Shown: one piece after another, positions 49,222-58,190 of the stretch
How the letters are laid out: every line of letters begins with the position of its first letter
Numbering within the stretch: position 1 is the stretch's first letter
DNA from: Minisyncoccota bacterium
Lineage (GTDB): Bacteria; Patescibacteriota; Minisyncoccia; Phycocordibacterales; JABAAK01
DNA: 64,000 nt
NCBI GenBank assembly: GCA_965204115.1
Contig: OZ241963.1
Coordinates: forward strand, 121,475 to 185,474
Reading direction: 5' to 3'
Program-made: the position numbers and the translations under genes
Notes under the pieces: generated by a model
The model's database searches: none
What the model was told of the DNA's origin: nothing
What the model saw: only the letters and a program-made list of their open reading frames with translations

Positions 49222-49953
49222 ATGAAAGAAAAAAGATCTATACAACGAAGACGCGTGTCGCATAATACTGCGCGGCAAGAAGGGGTATTCAAAAGGCCGG
49301 GAATGCTGCGTTCTTTTGTTTATTCATTTGATATTTTTTTAGAGTTTTTACGAGGATTTAAATTTATATCCCACTTCGGCAAGGCGATTACTTTTTTTGG
49401 TTCTGCGCGGGAGGCATTGCCCGAACGATACTACACGGATTGCGAAGAGTTGGCAGCGCGTATGAGTACGAACGGCTTCGCTGTTATCACCGGAGGGAGC
49501 GGGGGCATTATGGAGGCGGCGAATAGGGGTGCGAATAGGGTAAATGGGGAATCAGTCGGCGTGAATATCCGCATTCCGAATGAGCAGGGGTATAACAATT
49601 TTTTGAAGCATTTTCAGACATTTAAATATCTTTTTTCAAGAAAAACTATTCTCTCCTGCGCTTCTGAGGTGTATGTCTTTTTCCCGGGAGGATTCGGCAC
49701 CCTGGATGAAGCATTTGAAATGCTGACCTTGGTTCAGATTGATTTGATAGAGCGGGTGCCGATTATCTTATATGGCAAAGAATACTGGGAACCTCTTGTG
49801 TCTTTTTTTCAAAAAGATTTGGTGACAACCTATAAAACAATATCTAAAGAAGACCTGGATTTGTTTGTGGTAATGGATTCTGTTGATGAGGCAGAGCACT
49901 ATATTCGATCGCTGGATTTGTCGCAAGTTCGTGCGTGTCGACTGCAGCGGTAG
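49222..49953 (+). CDS. LOG-family (TIGR00730, Rossmann-fold nucleotide-binding) protein
   Basis: ITFFGSAR...AVITGGSGGIMEAANRGA...PGGFGTLDEAFEMLTLVQ motifs of the LOG/lysine-decarboxylase-like family. Confidence 0.8.
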   Translation: MKEKRSIQRRRVSHNTARQEGVFKRPGMLRSFVYSFDIFLEFLRGFKFISHFGKAITFFGSAREALPERYYTDCEELAARMSTNGFAVITGGSGGIMEAANRGANRVNGESVGVNIRIPNEQGYNNFLKHFQTFKYLFSRKTILSCASEVYVFFPGGFGTLDEAFEMLTLVQIDLIERVPIILYGKEYWEPLVSFFQKDLVTTYKTISKEDLDLFVVMDSVDEAEHYIRSLDLSQVRACRLQR

Positions 49954-50004
49954 GAAGGCATCAACTCTCAGTTCGGGTATAGTGCTGGTGAGTAAGCGGA
50001 ATAC

Positions 50005-50390
50005 TATGTCGCACAATATACCTTTTGCGACATTGTGCAAAGCACAATGTCGCAAAAGGTCTCGTAGATTATGCGACAAATAAATTGTCGCATAATCTAC
50101 GGCCAAAGGTTCCGTATATTGTGCAACAAGCAAGTTGTCGCACGATATACGGCTAAACCCTCCATTAAAGTGTTGGCTTTGCACAATGTCGCAAAAGGTT
50201 TTGAATATTATACGACAAACAAGTTGTCGTATAATATTCAACCACCTACCAATCAAATAACATAGGTGGAGGACGCAAGCGGTATGTCGCAAAAGGTTCC
50301 GCACACTGTGCGAAAAGCAGCAGGTTTTTATAATCTATGACTTCCCTGCTGAAGTATAAATTTTGTGGCATGTCGCACAATATTTGACCT
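50005..50390. repeat. Array of long inverted repeats / half-sites with a TGCGACAA...TTGTCGCA core (at least 4 full palindromes and ~12 half-sites)
   Basis: Perfect palindromes at 50021-50059 (18-bp arms), 50064-50100 (16-bp arms) and 50201-50241 (18-bp arms), plus an imperfect one at 50114-50150. ATGTCGCAAAAGGT recurs three times and ATGTCGCACAATAT twice. Confidence 0.85.
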
Positions 50391-50394
50391 CTTT

Positions 50395-50613
50395 TTACCA
50401 AAAGATAATCTGCAGGAGGTTCTTTTTTGGCGGCTGGCAATCACGATGAGGATTTTCTGCAGTTTGCACGCAGTCGTAGAAATCCCATGATTCACCTTTG
50501 CCCACCAGGCGTGGCCATACGAAAATTTGTGCTGCTATGAAAAGAACACAGAAAAGAAAGTTGTACAGCAGAATGAATTTTAAAAAGACGATAAATTTAT
50601 TTTTCCTGGCCAT
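50395..50613 (-). CDS. Possible small single-TM membrane protein downstream of glyS
   Basis: 72-aa ORF from an internal Met (MARKNKFIVFLKFILLYNFLFCVLFIAAQIFVW...), 27 nt after the glyS stop. No SD identified. Confidence 0.3.
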   Translation of the reverse strand: MARKNKFIVFLKFILLYNFLFCVLFIAAQIFVWPRLVGKGESWDFYDCVQTAENPHRDCQPPKKNLLQIIFW

Positions 50614-50641
50614 CAAAGGCAGTATACCGCTTGATTTTTTG

Positions 50642-52006
50642 CTATCGTGCGGCGTCTTGTATATACTTCGGCAACTCTTGTATAGACATGCGCTCCTGCC
50701 GCATTGAATCCCGCTCACGGACGGTTACTGTCTCATCCTTTAGCGTGTCATAATCAATGGTTATCGCGTATGGTGTGCCGATCTCATCCGCCCGGCGGTA
50801 GCGCTTCCCGATTGCACCGGTTTCGTCATAGTAGACACTATAGCGTTCCCCTGCCAACTTGGCATACACTTCTTTGGCTTTTTCAGGATGGCCATCTTTA
50901 CGCATCAACGGCAATACTGCGACCGTCATCGGCGCGAGAGACGGATGCAACCGCAGCAGCACTCGCTCAGTGCCGTCTTCAAGTGTCTCTTTATCATACG
51001 CATCACAGAGTACCGCCATAAACAGCCGGCCGACACCGATAGAGGTTTCTATAATGTTCGGTACGATATGCTCGTTTGTCTCCTGATCAAAGTAGGTGAG
51101 TTTCTGCCCCGAGTGCTCAGTGTGCTGAGTCAGATCATAGTTTCCCCGATCGTGAATGCCTTCCAGCTCTTTCCAGCCGAATGGATATTCATACTCAATA
51201 TCAACCGCGGCTTTTGCGTAGAACACCAACCGCTCGTGCGGTGTTACCCGCAAGTGTTCTTCCTGAATACCGATTGCTTTAAGCGCCTCCAGCCGTAGTG
51301 ATAAAAATTCATCAAAATGCCGCTTGCTTTCCTTCTGGTGAAAATACTGCATCTCCATCTGTTCAAACTCCCGGGTGCGGAATAAAAACTGTCGCGGAGA
51401 GATTTCGTTACGGAACGCTTTCCCGATCTGTGCGATACCGAAGGGCAGTGGCGGGTGCATAGTATCCACCACCTGTTTAAAGTTGACATAAATACCCTGG
51501 CAGGTTTCACCGCGGAGGTAGGTAACCTCATCTCCCTCAAAAGTGCCTAAATTTGAAGTAACCAGCAGATTTTGAAACTCCGGATCGGATAAGTCATTCG
51601 GATCGCACCCCGCAACTTTTAAATTTGCTTTATGCTCCGCAAACACTTTGCGAAATTCCTCAATGCTCATCCGTTCATCAGCAGATACGCCGATTTCTTC
51701 AAGGAGGTGGTCCGCGCGGAACCGCTTTCCGGTCTTCTTGCAGGCCGTTACCGGGTCAGCAAACCCTTTCGTATGTCCGGACGCTTCCCAGATTTTCGGA
51801 TGCATCGTAATACCGGAATCCAATCCGAAAATGTCCGGGCGAGTACGCACCATGGTGTGCCACCATCGTTGCTTCAGGTTATTCGCCAGCTCAACCCCGA
51901 GCGGTCCGTAGTCATACACTCCCGCAAATCCGTCATAAATCTCAGAAGACGGGAAAACAAACCCCCGCCGTTTTGCCAGCTGTAGTATCTCGTCAAGGGT
52001 AGCCAT
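50642..52006 (-). CDS. glyQS: Glycine--tRNA ligase (alpha2 homodimeric GlyQS type)
   Basis: N-terminus MATLDEILQLAKRRGFVFPSSEIYDG, class-II motifs, C-terminal anticodon-binding domain. Confidence 0.9.
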   Translation of the reverse strand: MATLDEILQLAKRRGFVFPSSEIYDGFAGVYDYGPLGVELANNLKQRWWHTMVRTRPDIFGLDSGITMHPKIWEASGHTKGFADPVTACKKTGKRFRADHLLEEIGVSADERMSIEEFRKVFAEHKANLKVAGCDPNDLSDPEFQNLLVTSNLGTFEGDEVTYLRGETCQGIYVNFKQVVDTMHPPLPFGIAQIGKAFRNEISPRQFLFRTREFEQMEMQYFHQKESKRHFDEFLSLRLEALKAIGIQEEHLRVTPHERLVFYAKAAVDIEYEYPFGWKELEGIHDRGNYDLTQHTEHSGQKLTYFDQETNEHIVPNIIETSIGVGRLFMAVLCDAYDKETLEDGTERVLLRLHPSLAPMTVAVLPLMRKDGHPEKAKEVYAKLAGERYSVYYDETGAIGKRYRRADEIGTPYAITIDYDTLKDETVTVRERDSMRQERMSIQELPKYIQDAAR

Positions 52007-52352
52007 AATGCTTTCAGTATGCCATATTCGGCGCCCTGTCAGTCAGGACGAAATTGCCTCTATGGTATACTATTTTCGGGGAGGTGATATTTGTGCAACA
52101 TCAACAAGAAGAACAAGTATCTTCGCATTCTGCGGAAACTGCGGAGGAAGACCGCCCTATAGGTGCCGCTCCGACACTCCACATCGGCAATTTTCCCCTT
52201 GACGCAGTGACTGTCAGGTGGCTTGCTGCTTTCGCGGCTATCGGCGTTTCTGGTGATGATACTTTTGGCGGTGGTAGTGTTGACAGTATAGTAACTTAGG
52301 ATGTCTCGTATAAAAACCCGAAAACTCTCTATGAGTTTTCGGGTTTTTGAAA

Positions 52353-52940
52353 TTAGTAATACACTTTGAACCGTCGTACCAATTCCCTACTTGCCTCTGT
52401 TTCTCCGGACGAACAGGAGCTGTATCCTTTCACCTCTATTGACGATTCTATCAATCCGTCATTGCAAATATTTGTGCCGACAGTAGCACCGCTCACACAT
52501 ACTTTTTTAACGGTGACACGCGCGCAAGGCACGCTTGAAACATCTTTCAAATCCTTTACTGTGGATTGTATGACAGCGAATTGATAGGTTCCGGTTCCGG
52601 CGGGGTCTGTGTCACGCTCGTCTTTTGACGGAGCATAGGCAGACCAGTCACCCACCTTCCGCACTTGATAGAGATCGCCACAGTTAATTTCATCATATTT
52701 TCTTGTGGATATTTTTTGAAAAGCGGAACGGCGAAAATCATTAAAGAGTGCACACTCTAAAGCAGAATTCGCTATTCGTATTGCAATTTGTGACCGCCTG
52801 CCGTATGACTGCCGAAGAATATCCTTCTCAAGAATAGAAAAAAGTGTTATGCCAATTGCCAACAAAACTGCAGTAACAAGAACAGTAACAACTAACACTG
52901 ACCCACCATTCTCATATTTTTTTGTATAAATCTTTTTCAT
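52353..52940 (-). CDS. Membrane-anchored hypothetical protein, possible pilus-associated (minor pilin-like)
   Basis: N-terminal hydrophobic anchor (SVLVVTVLVTAVLLAIGITLF), then a Cys-containing beta-rich domain. Adjacent to the prepilin gene. Confidence 0.4.
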   Translation of the reverse strand: MKKIYTKKYENGGSVLVVTVLVTAVLLAIGITLFSILEKDILRQSYGRRSQIAIRIANSALECALFNDFRRSAFQKISTRKYDEINCGDLYQVRKVGDWSAYAPSKDERDTDPAGTGTYQFAVIQSTVKDLKDVSSVPCARVTVKKVCVSGATVGTNICNDGLIESSIEVKGYSSCSSGETEASRELVRRFKVYY

Positions 52941-52944
52941 AGTG

Positions 52945-53673
52945 CTACTTTTTTCTTTGTATCCACTCAAACATCGCCTCCTGCGTCTCCACTCGCCTTA
53001 TGGTGTCCGTTTTGTCAGACCACGAGATACACGGCACTACAACGACATACTGCACCTCATCATCGTTCCGCGCAATGACGGTGTTGAGTGTAGTTGTAAA
53101 TGCGTTGTTCGCTTTCGCTTTGTTGCCGTCACAGGTGTCCGTTCGTATGTTGCCACGAGTGCCGCCGATTGACGCAATGCCGGCAACAGCTCCGCTATAC
53201 ATCCCATTGTTCGGGGCGGGCGTGCCGCACTCCCCTTGCATGGTTTTGTCTGTGACGAGACCGCGGTTGGGATCGTCACGGACAGCGAAGCATTCAACGG
53301 TGCAATAATTTTTGAGATAGGTTTCGCGATTTTCCAATATCCAATCAGCGGCAGATATCACACATGAGGCGAACATATTCGTAGACTGCGGGTCTGCAAG
53401 CGTGTCAAACCAATCCCCGCCACCGGGATCAAGAAGATCTGAATCCCGCGTATACCGAACATACTCAACAATCTCCTGCACTAACAACCCGGCAGTAACC
53501 CTGTTTTTCGTCAATGCATTCTGTATCAAATGATCTGATACAACAGAAACCGGTAAAAAGCCGATGATGGTGATAACTGCTATCGCCACCAACACTTCCA
53601 CCAATGTAAACCCCGTTTTCCCGTTTTTTGTCCGCGCATGCGCGAAAAAATTCTTACTAAAAAAGGAGACCAT
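52945..53673 (-). CDS. Type IV pilin / pseudopilin (prepilin with class III signal)
   Basis: Leader ...KNGKTG|FTLVEVLVAIAVITIIG with the conserved Glu at +5. C-terminal Cys pair. Confidence 0.75.
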   Translation of the reverse strand: MVSFFSKNFFAHARTKNGKTGFTLVEVLVAIAVITIIGFLPVSVVSDHLIQNALTKNRVTAGLLVQEIVEYVRYTRDSDLLDPGGGDWFDTLADPQSTNMFASCVISAADWILENRETYLKNYCTVECFAVRDDPNRGLVTDKTMQGECGTPAPNNGMYSGAVAGIASIGGTRGNIRTDTCDGNKAKANNAFTTTLNTVIARNDDEVQYVVVVPCISWSDKTDTIRRVETQEAMFEWIQRKK

Positions 53674-53757
53674 ACTCGTATAGCATAGTATACCAAACAA
53701 TACATGCAGTTTGTGCGTGGAAGATCCCCTTTTGCATTCCGTTGAGGGTTTCGGCCT

Positions 53758-55137
53758 CTATCCCTGCTGCATGCCGAGTGACTGACGCAGTGTTTCGCGG
53801 ATTATTTTTCGCTCATCCCACGGTACTGACTCCCCGTTAACTTCCATCGTCACTTCCGCGCCTTTGCCGGTTACGATAACAACATCACCCGCTCGCGCCA
53901 GAGAGAACGCTTTTCGCATTGCCTTTCGTCGGTCCAGTTCCACATACCATTCGGCATCGCTGTTTTTTCGAATGCCGGCAACGACCGCAGCGGCAATCTC
54001 CTCCGGATCATCAAAAAAAGGATCTGCATCCGTGATAATTGAAATATCGGCACATCGCCCGGCAACTTCGCCGATTGCGTCCGCGTTGTACCGCCAACGA
54101 GATGCTCCGACTGCCCCGACAACTACGATCAGCCGTCCGCCGTCCGAAGACACATACTGTCGCAATGCCTCACACACACTTTCAACGCTCAATGGCTCGT
54201 GGGCGTAGTCGCAAAACACCTGAAACGATTGCCCGACCTCTATCCGCTCCAATCGCCCCGGAAGTGTTGCCGTGGCGAACGCGTGGTTGAGCCGTTCCGG
54301 CGAGGCGTTGCAGTACCGTTTTGCAAGCAGGATTGCCGGCACAGCGTTGCGTATGGTGATAACCCCCGGTAATGGCACCGTATATCGGTCACCCTCCAGC
54401 AGAAATGCGTTTTCAGCACTTCCCTCTTCAGCACGAATACTGACAGACGCCTTCGCACTGAAGCCGACCAACACCTCCTCATTCAACGGCATTGCCGCAA
54501 TCTTTTGAAAATACTCAACATTACTGTCGTCAGCGTTGAGGATGATGCAGCGCTTTACCGCCTTGCCTCCCAGTGTTTTTTGCGGCGATCGTGCCTGCTG
54601 TCTGAAGAGCCGCCCCTTGGCGTGCCGATACCGCTCAAAGGTTTTGTGTGTCACCAAATGCTCCGGCGAAAGATTGGTATACACCAATGAGTCGTACCAT
54701 ACCCCAAGCACCCGAAACTGTCGCAACCCCTCGGATGGCGTCTCAATGACCGCATACCGACATCCCGCGTCGACCATCTTTCGCAGTTGCTGTTGCACAT
54801 ACCCCCGACCGGGCAGTGTCATATGCCGTTTATTCACAAACACCTTCTCACCAATCCGTACCTCTGTCGTTGAGAGCAGCCCAACCTTCTCGCCGGCAGC
54901 AGCTAGTGCGGTATGGATAAACGAAGCCGTTGAGGTCTTCCCTTTTGTGCCGGTTACCCCGATCACCACCAGCTCTTTTGATGGCTGTCGATACACCAGT
55001 ATCGCGACAACGGCAAATACAAAATGGTACCCCAACAGCAAAAACTCCGGTGTCAGCCGCGCTACAAAACGCTTCACCTCCGCCAACCGCTTTTGTAGAG
55101 TGCCCTTTGTCATATAGCACAAGTATACACCCGCCAA
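53758..55137 (-). CDS. Mur ligase family protein (MurE/MurF-like UDP-MurNAc-peptide ligase)
   Basis: P-loop GVTGTKGKTST, Mur ligase middle and C-terminal domains. 459 aa. Confidence 0.7.
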   Translation of the reverse strand: MAGVYLCYMTKGTLQKRLAEVKRFVARLTPEFLLLGYHFVFAVVAILVYRQPSKELVVIGVTGTKGKTSTASFIHTALAAAGEKVGLLSTTEVRIGEKVFVNKRHMTLPGRGYVQQQLRKMVDAGCRYAVIETPSEGLRQFRVLGVWYDSLVYTNLSPEHLVTHKTFERYRHAKGRLFRQQARSPQKTLGGKAVKRCIILNADDSNVEYFQKIAAMPLNEEVLVGFSAKASVSIRAEEGSAENAFLLEGDRYTVPLPGVITIRNAVPAILLAKRYCNASPERLNHAFATATLPGRLERIEVGQSFQVFCDYAHEPLSVESVCEALRQYVSSDGGRLIVVVGAVGASRWRYNADAIGEVAGRCADISIITDADPFFDDPEEIAAAVVAGIRKNSDAEWYVELDRRKAMRKAFSLARAGDVVIVTGKGAEVTMEVNGESVPWDERKIIRETLRQSLGMQQG

Positions 55138-55146
55138 AGCAGTGCG

Positions 55147-55464
55147 TTATGTTATTGCTGTAATCAGAACCTCACAAAACGGCTGTCGATGCCCGTAGTG
55201 TCGTCGATAGTTTGACTTCGCTTTAAACCGCACCACCGATATTTTCTTATGCCGAGCGACTTTTTCAATCGTACCCGTCACCTTCTTCCCTTCCACATAT
55301 GGCGCGCCAACCTCCGTTTTTTCCCCATCGTCAAACAGCACCACCTTATCAAACGACACCGAATCACCCTCCTGACACTCTTTCAGCAACTCAATCATAA
55401 CACGATCACCATCGCTTACCGCATACTGTTTCCCCCCCGTTTCTATCACCGCAAAGTTACTCAT
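55147..55464 (-). CDS. rplU: Ribosomal protein bL21
   Basis: FAVIETGGKQYAVSDGD...IEKVARHKKISVVRFKAKSNYRRHYGHRQPF. Start at MSNFAV. Confidence 0.9.
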   Translation of the reverse strand: MSNFAVIETGGKQYAVSDGDRVMIELLKECQEGDSVSFDKVVLFDDGEKTEVGAPYVEGKKVTGTIEKVARHKKISVVRFKAKSNYRRHYGHRQPFCEVLITAIT

Positions 55465-55529
55465 AGTTATTAGGCAGTATACACTATATTTTGCTGAGAA
55501 ACCCATCTCGCACAGAGTATCCACAGTGC

Positions 55530-55558
55530 TTGACAAAATATGAAATATCCTTTATAAT
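55530..55558 (+). promoter_or_regulatory. Consensus sigma70 promoter TTGACA-17 bp-TATAAT on the + strand
   Basis: Exact consensus hexamers with a 17-bp spacer (aaatatgaaatatcctt). The 260-nt region it drives ends at the terminator at 55786. Confidence 0.65.
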
Positions 55559-55646
55559 ATAGGCATACATGGCAAGGTCGCTCTTTGCTCTATGCTGCAC
55601 CCTAAACCGTTTAAAAACACCTATTATTCACTAAATACACCCTATT

Positions 55647-55760
55647 ATGAAGTTGTTATCGAAGATATTAGCGGCTGTCGTCGTCATTACCCTGACGGCT
55701 GTCATTGCCGCACTTACCACCGCGTCAACCATTATGTTTTACAGCGTTGCTTACGCATAA
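55647..55760 (+). CDS. 37-aa hydrophobic peptide MKLLSKILAAVVVITLTAVIAALTTASTIMFYSVAYA (small membrane protein or type-I-toxin-like)
   Basis: Complete ORF between the consensus promoter and a strong terminator. It is a single predicted TM helix with no good SD. Confidence 0.35.
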   Translation: MKLLSKILAAVVVITLTAVIAALTTASTIMFYSVAYA

Positions 55761-55785
55761 AAACATAGTTGATGCGATGCCAACA

Positions 55786-55829
55786 AACCAAAACGACCGA
55801 GAATTATTCTCGGTCGTTTTGGTTTTTCT
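55786..55829. terminator. Bidirectional intrinsic terminator (CCAAAACGACCGAGA-attat-TCTCGGTCGTTTTGG + TTTTTCT)
   Basis: 15-bp perfect stem between the small + ORF and the pilC (minus) stop. Confidence 0.75.
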
Positions 55830-55842
55830 CCGGGGCAAACTA

Positions 55843-57039
55843 CTACACTGATGAGGATATAGAGTATATCGGGATGATGACTGAGCCGATGAGCAGTCCG
55901 ACACCTAATCCGAGGAAAACAATGATGGTCGGCTGGATAAGGTCAAGCATGGTATCAATAGTATTGCGGAGCTGTTTTTCATAGATGTCGGCGATGGTCT
56001 CAAGAATGTGCTGGAGTTCCCCCGCCTCTTCTCCCACCCGCACAATCTGTGCGACGCTGTTGCCGATATATTCACGCCTCGCCATGGTGTCGGAGAGCTT
56101 GACTCCTTGCTGTACTTCAGCACCCATTTCACGGACAACCTCTCGGTAGACGGTGTTGACCATGCTGCGCTGTAAGATTTGCAGTGAAGAGACAATGGGG
56201 ACACCGCTGCCGAGCATAACGCTGAGGTTGCGGCAAAACCGCACCAGGAAAAACTCTCTAAACATATTTCTTACTAACGGTATATTAACCAAAAAATTAT
56301 CATAGGCTTTTCTACCGTCTTCAGTGCGAACATAGTACAAGAATCCGATGCTGGTGCCGGCGAGCAGGATGAGGATGAGAACGATGCTCTCTTTAAGAAA
56401 ATCACTGGTACCGATGACAATCTTTGTAATGAGCGGCAATTCAGCGCCCGACTGTGTCAAAATGACGGAAATTTGCGGAATGACTGTCACCATAATAAGA
56501 CCCATTACGAGAAAAAACATCACTATGACAAAGGTCGGGTAGGTTAGTGCTTTGCGCATCCTGGCGTTTGTGTCGACACTGCGTTCCAAGTGGTCGGCAA
56601 GGTATGAAAATGACCGTGACAATGTTCCCGACTGCTCACCAATCGCGACAATGGAAACAAAAAACTCTCCGAAAACATCCTGATGTTTCAGCAGGGCTTT
56701 CTCAACGGACAACCCCTGCTCAACACTCTTGGCGATATCAACGAGGACACTCTGAAAATATTTACTCTGCATATTCTCAGACACCAAAGTAAATGCCCGA
56801 AGCGCTGATATCTCCGCTTCAAATAGTGTGGCGATTTGACGGGAAAAGATAACCAAATCTTTTTTGCGCACCCGTTGAAAAATGTTCATTTCCAGAACAT
56901 TGCTTGATTCGTGCTCTAAAGAAAGCACTGTATACCCGCGATCGAGCAGGAGGCTGATGGCATTGGTGCGGCTCAGTGCCTCAAGCTGCCCGGACACCTC
57001 TCTTCCTTCTTTGTCTACAACGGTATATAAAAAAAGCAT
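55843..57039 (-). CDS. pilC: Type IV pilus / T2SS platform protein PilC/GspF
   Basis: 398 aa, three TM segments, duplicated GspF domain architecture. Confidence 0.8.
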   Translation of the reverse strand: MLFLYTVVDKEGREVSGQLEALSRTNAISLLLDRGYTVLSLEHESSNVLEMNIFQRVRKKDLVIFSRQIATLFEAEISALRAFTLVSENMQSKYFQSVLVDIAKSVEQGLSVEKALLKHQDVFGEFFVSIVAIGEQSGTLSRSFSYLADHLERSVDTNARMRKALTYPTFVIVMFFLVMGLIMVTVIPQISVILTQSGAELPLITKIVIGTSDFLKESIVLILILLAGTSIGFLYYVRTEDGRKAYDNFLVNIPLVRNMFREFFLVRFCRNLSVMLGSGVPIVSSLQILQRSMVNTVYREVVREMGAEVQQGVKLSDTMARREYIGNSVAQIVRVGEEAGELQHILETIADIYEKQLRNTIDTMLDLIQPTIIVFLGLGVGLLIGSVIIPIYSISSSV

Positions 57040-57055
57040 ATGGTTACTCTAACGA

Positions 57056-58141
57056 TTATAAATAGCGCGACAGTGTCTGTTTATTGGAGGCATGTAGCGT
57101 CGCGACCTCAAGCGCCACTTCATTTCGCTTCACTAAGTCAGCAAGGGACTGCTCCAAGCTGATCATGCCCTCCTCTTTGCCGGTCTGAATGGCTGATTTG
57201 ATGCTCTCTACTCTGCTCTCCCGGATGAGGTTGGCAATCGCTTCATTGTTAATCAGTACCTCACACGCCGGTATCAGCCCGCCGGATACCCGCGGCAACA
57301 ATCGCACAGCGCACACGCCGAGCAGCGAGCCGGCGAGCTGGTGTGCTATCTGTCGCTGCTGCTCGTGTGGAAATGAATCAAGAATACGATGCACCGCACC
57401 GAATGCGGAGCTTGAATGTACCGTTGATAGTACCAAATGCCCGACCTCCGCGGCGGTCATAACCGCCTGCATGGTTTCAACCTGGCGCATTTCACCGATC
57501 ATCAAAATATCAGCGTCTGTTCGCAGCGATGTATCAAGCGCGGCGCGAAACGATGTTGCATCCCACGGGATTTCCTGCTGTGTAATGATTGATTTTCGGT
57601 CATTAAAAATAAATTCAATAGGGTCTTCAATGGTGAGGATGTGTTTGCGCATTACCTCATTGCAGTGATTGACCATTGCCGCGAGTGTTGTGGACTTTCC
57701 GTTGCCCGTCGCGCCCACAATTAAAAACAGCCCGTCCGGCTCGTGCATCACCTCTTTCAATACCGGCGGAAGGTTCAGCTCTTCCAAAGTCCGTGCTGTT
57801 TCCTGCACCAGCCGCATCGTTACGGCGATGTTCCCCATCTCATAGTACACCGTAACCCGGAAATTCACTTTCTTGTCCTGCTGCGTAGTGTGCTTGTAAC
57901 TGAACATCAGGTATTTCTGCTCCTGCAATACCGTCTCCGCATTTTCCATACGCGAACCGGCGATGAGTCGAAAAAATTCTTCTGTGTCTTTCGGCGTAAG
58001 AACTTCCTTCTGAATAAACGGTACTAATTCCCGCTGCACCCGAAACAGCGGTTTTGTGCCGGCAATCATATGCACATCAGATCCACCGCGCAAAACCAAG
58101 GTGTCAATGTAATCCTGCAATTCATTGTTATACTCCATCAC
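57056..58141 (-). CDS. pilT: Type IV pilus ATPase (PilT/PilB family; size fits the PilT retraction ATPase)
   Basis: Walker A GATGNGKST, Asp box and His box (GHLVLSTVHS), Walker B LMIGEMR. 361 aa. Confidence 0.8.
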   Translation of the reverse strand: MMEYNNELQDYIDTLVLRGGSDVHMIAGTKPLFRVQRELVPFIQKEVLTPKDTEEFFRLIAGSRMENAETVLQEQKYLMFSYKHTTQQDKKVNFRVTVYYEMGNIAVTMRLVQETARTLEELNLPPVLKEVMHEPDGLFLIVGATGNGKSTTLAAMVNHCNEVMRKHILTIEDPIEFIFNDRKSIITQQEIPWDATSFRAALDTSLRTDADILMIGEMRQVETMQAVMTAAEVGHLVLSTVHSSSAFGAVHRILDSFPHEQQRQIAHQLAGSLLGVCAVRLLPRVSGGLIPACEVLINNEAIANLIRESRVESIKSAIQTGKEEGMISLEQSLADLVKRNEVALEVATLHASNKQTLSRYL

Positions 58142-58190
58142 CCCCAGTATGACACATTCTTATCCTATGAAGCATGCTATCAACATATCG

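Noticed and set aside
49990-50400. Possible CRISPR array suggested by many short repeats
   Set aside because: The repeats are inverted, not direct. Spacing is irregular and units abut or overlap. There is no leader or cas gene. The palindromes are better explained as binding sites or REP-like elements.
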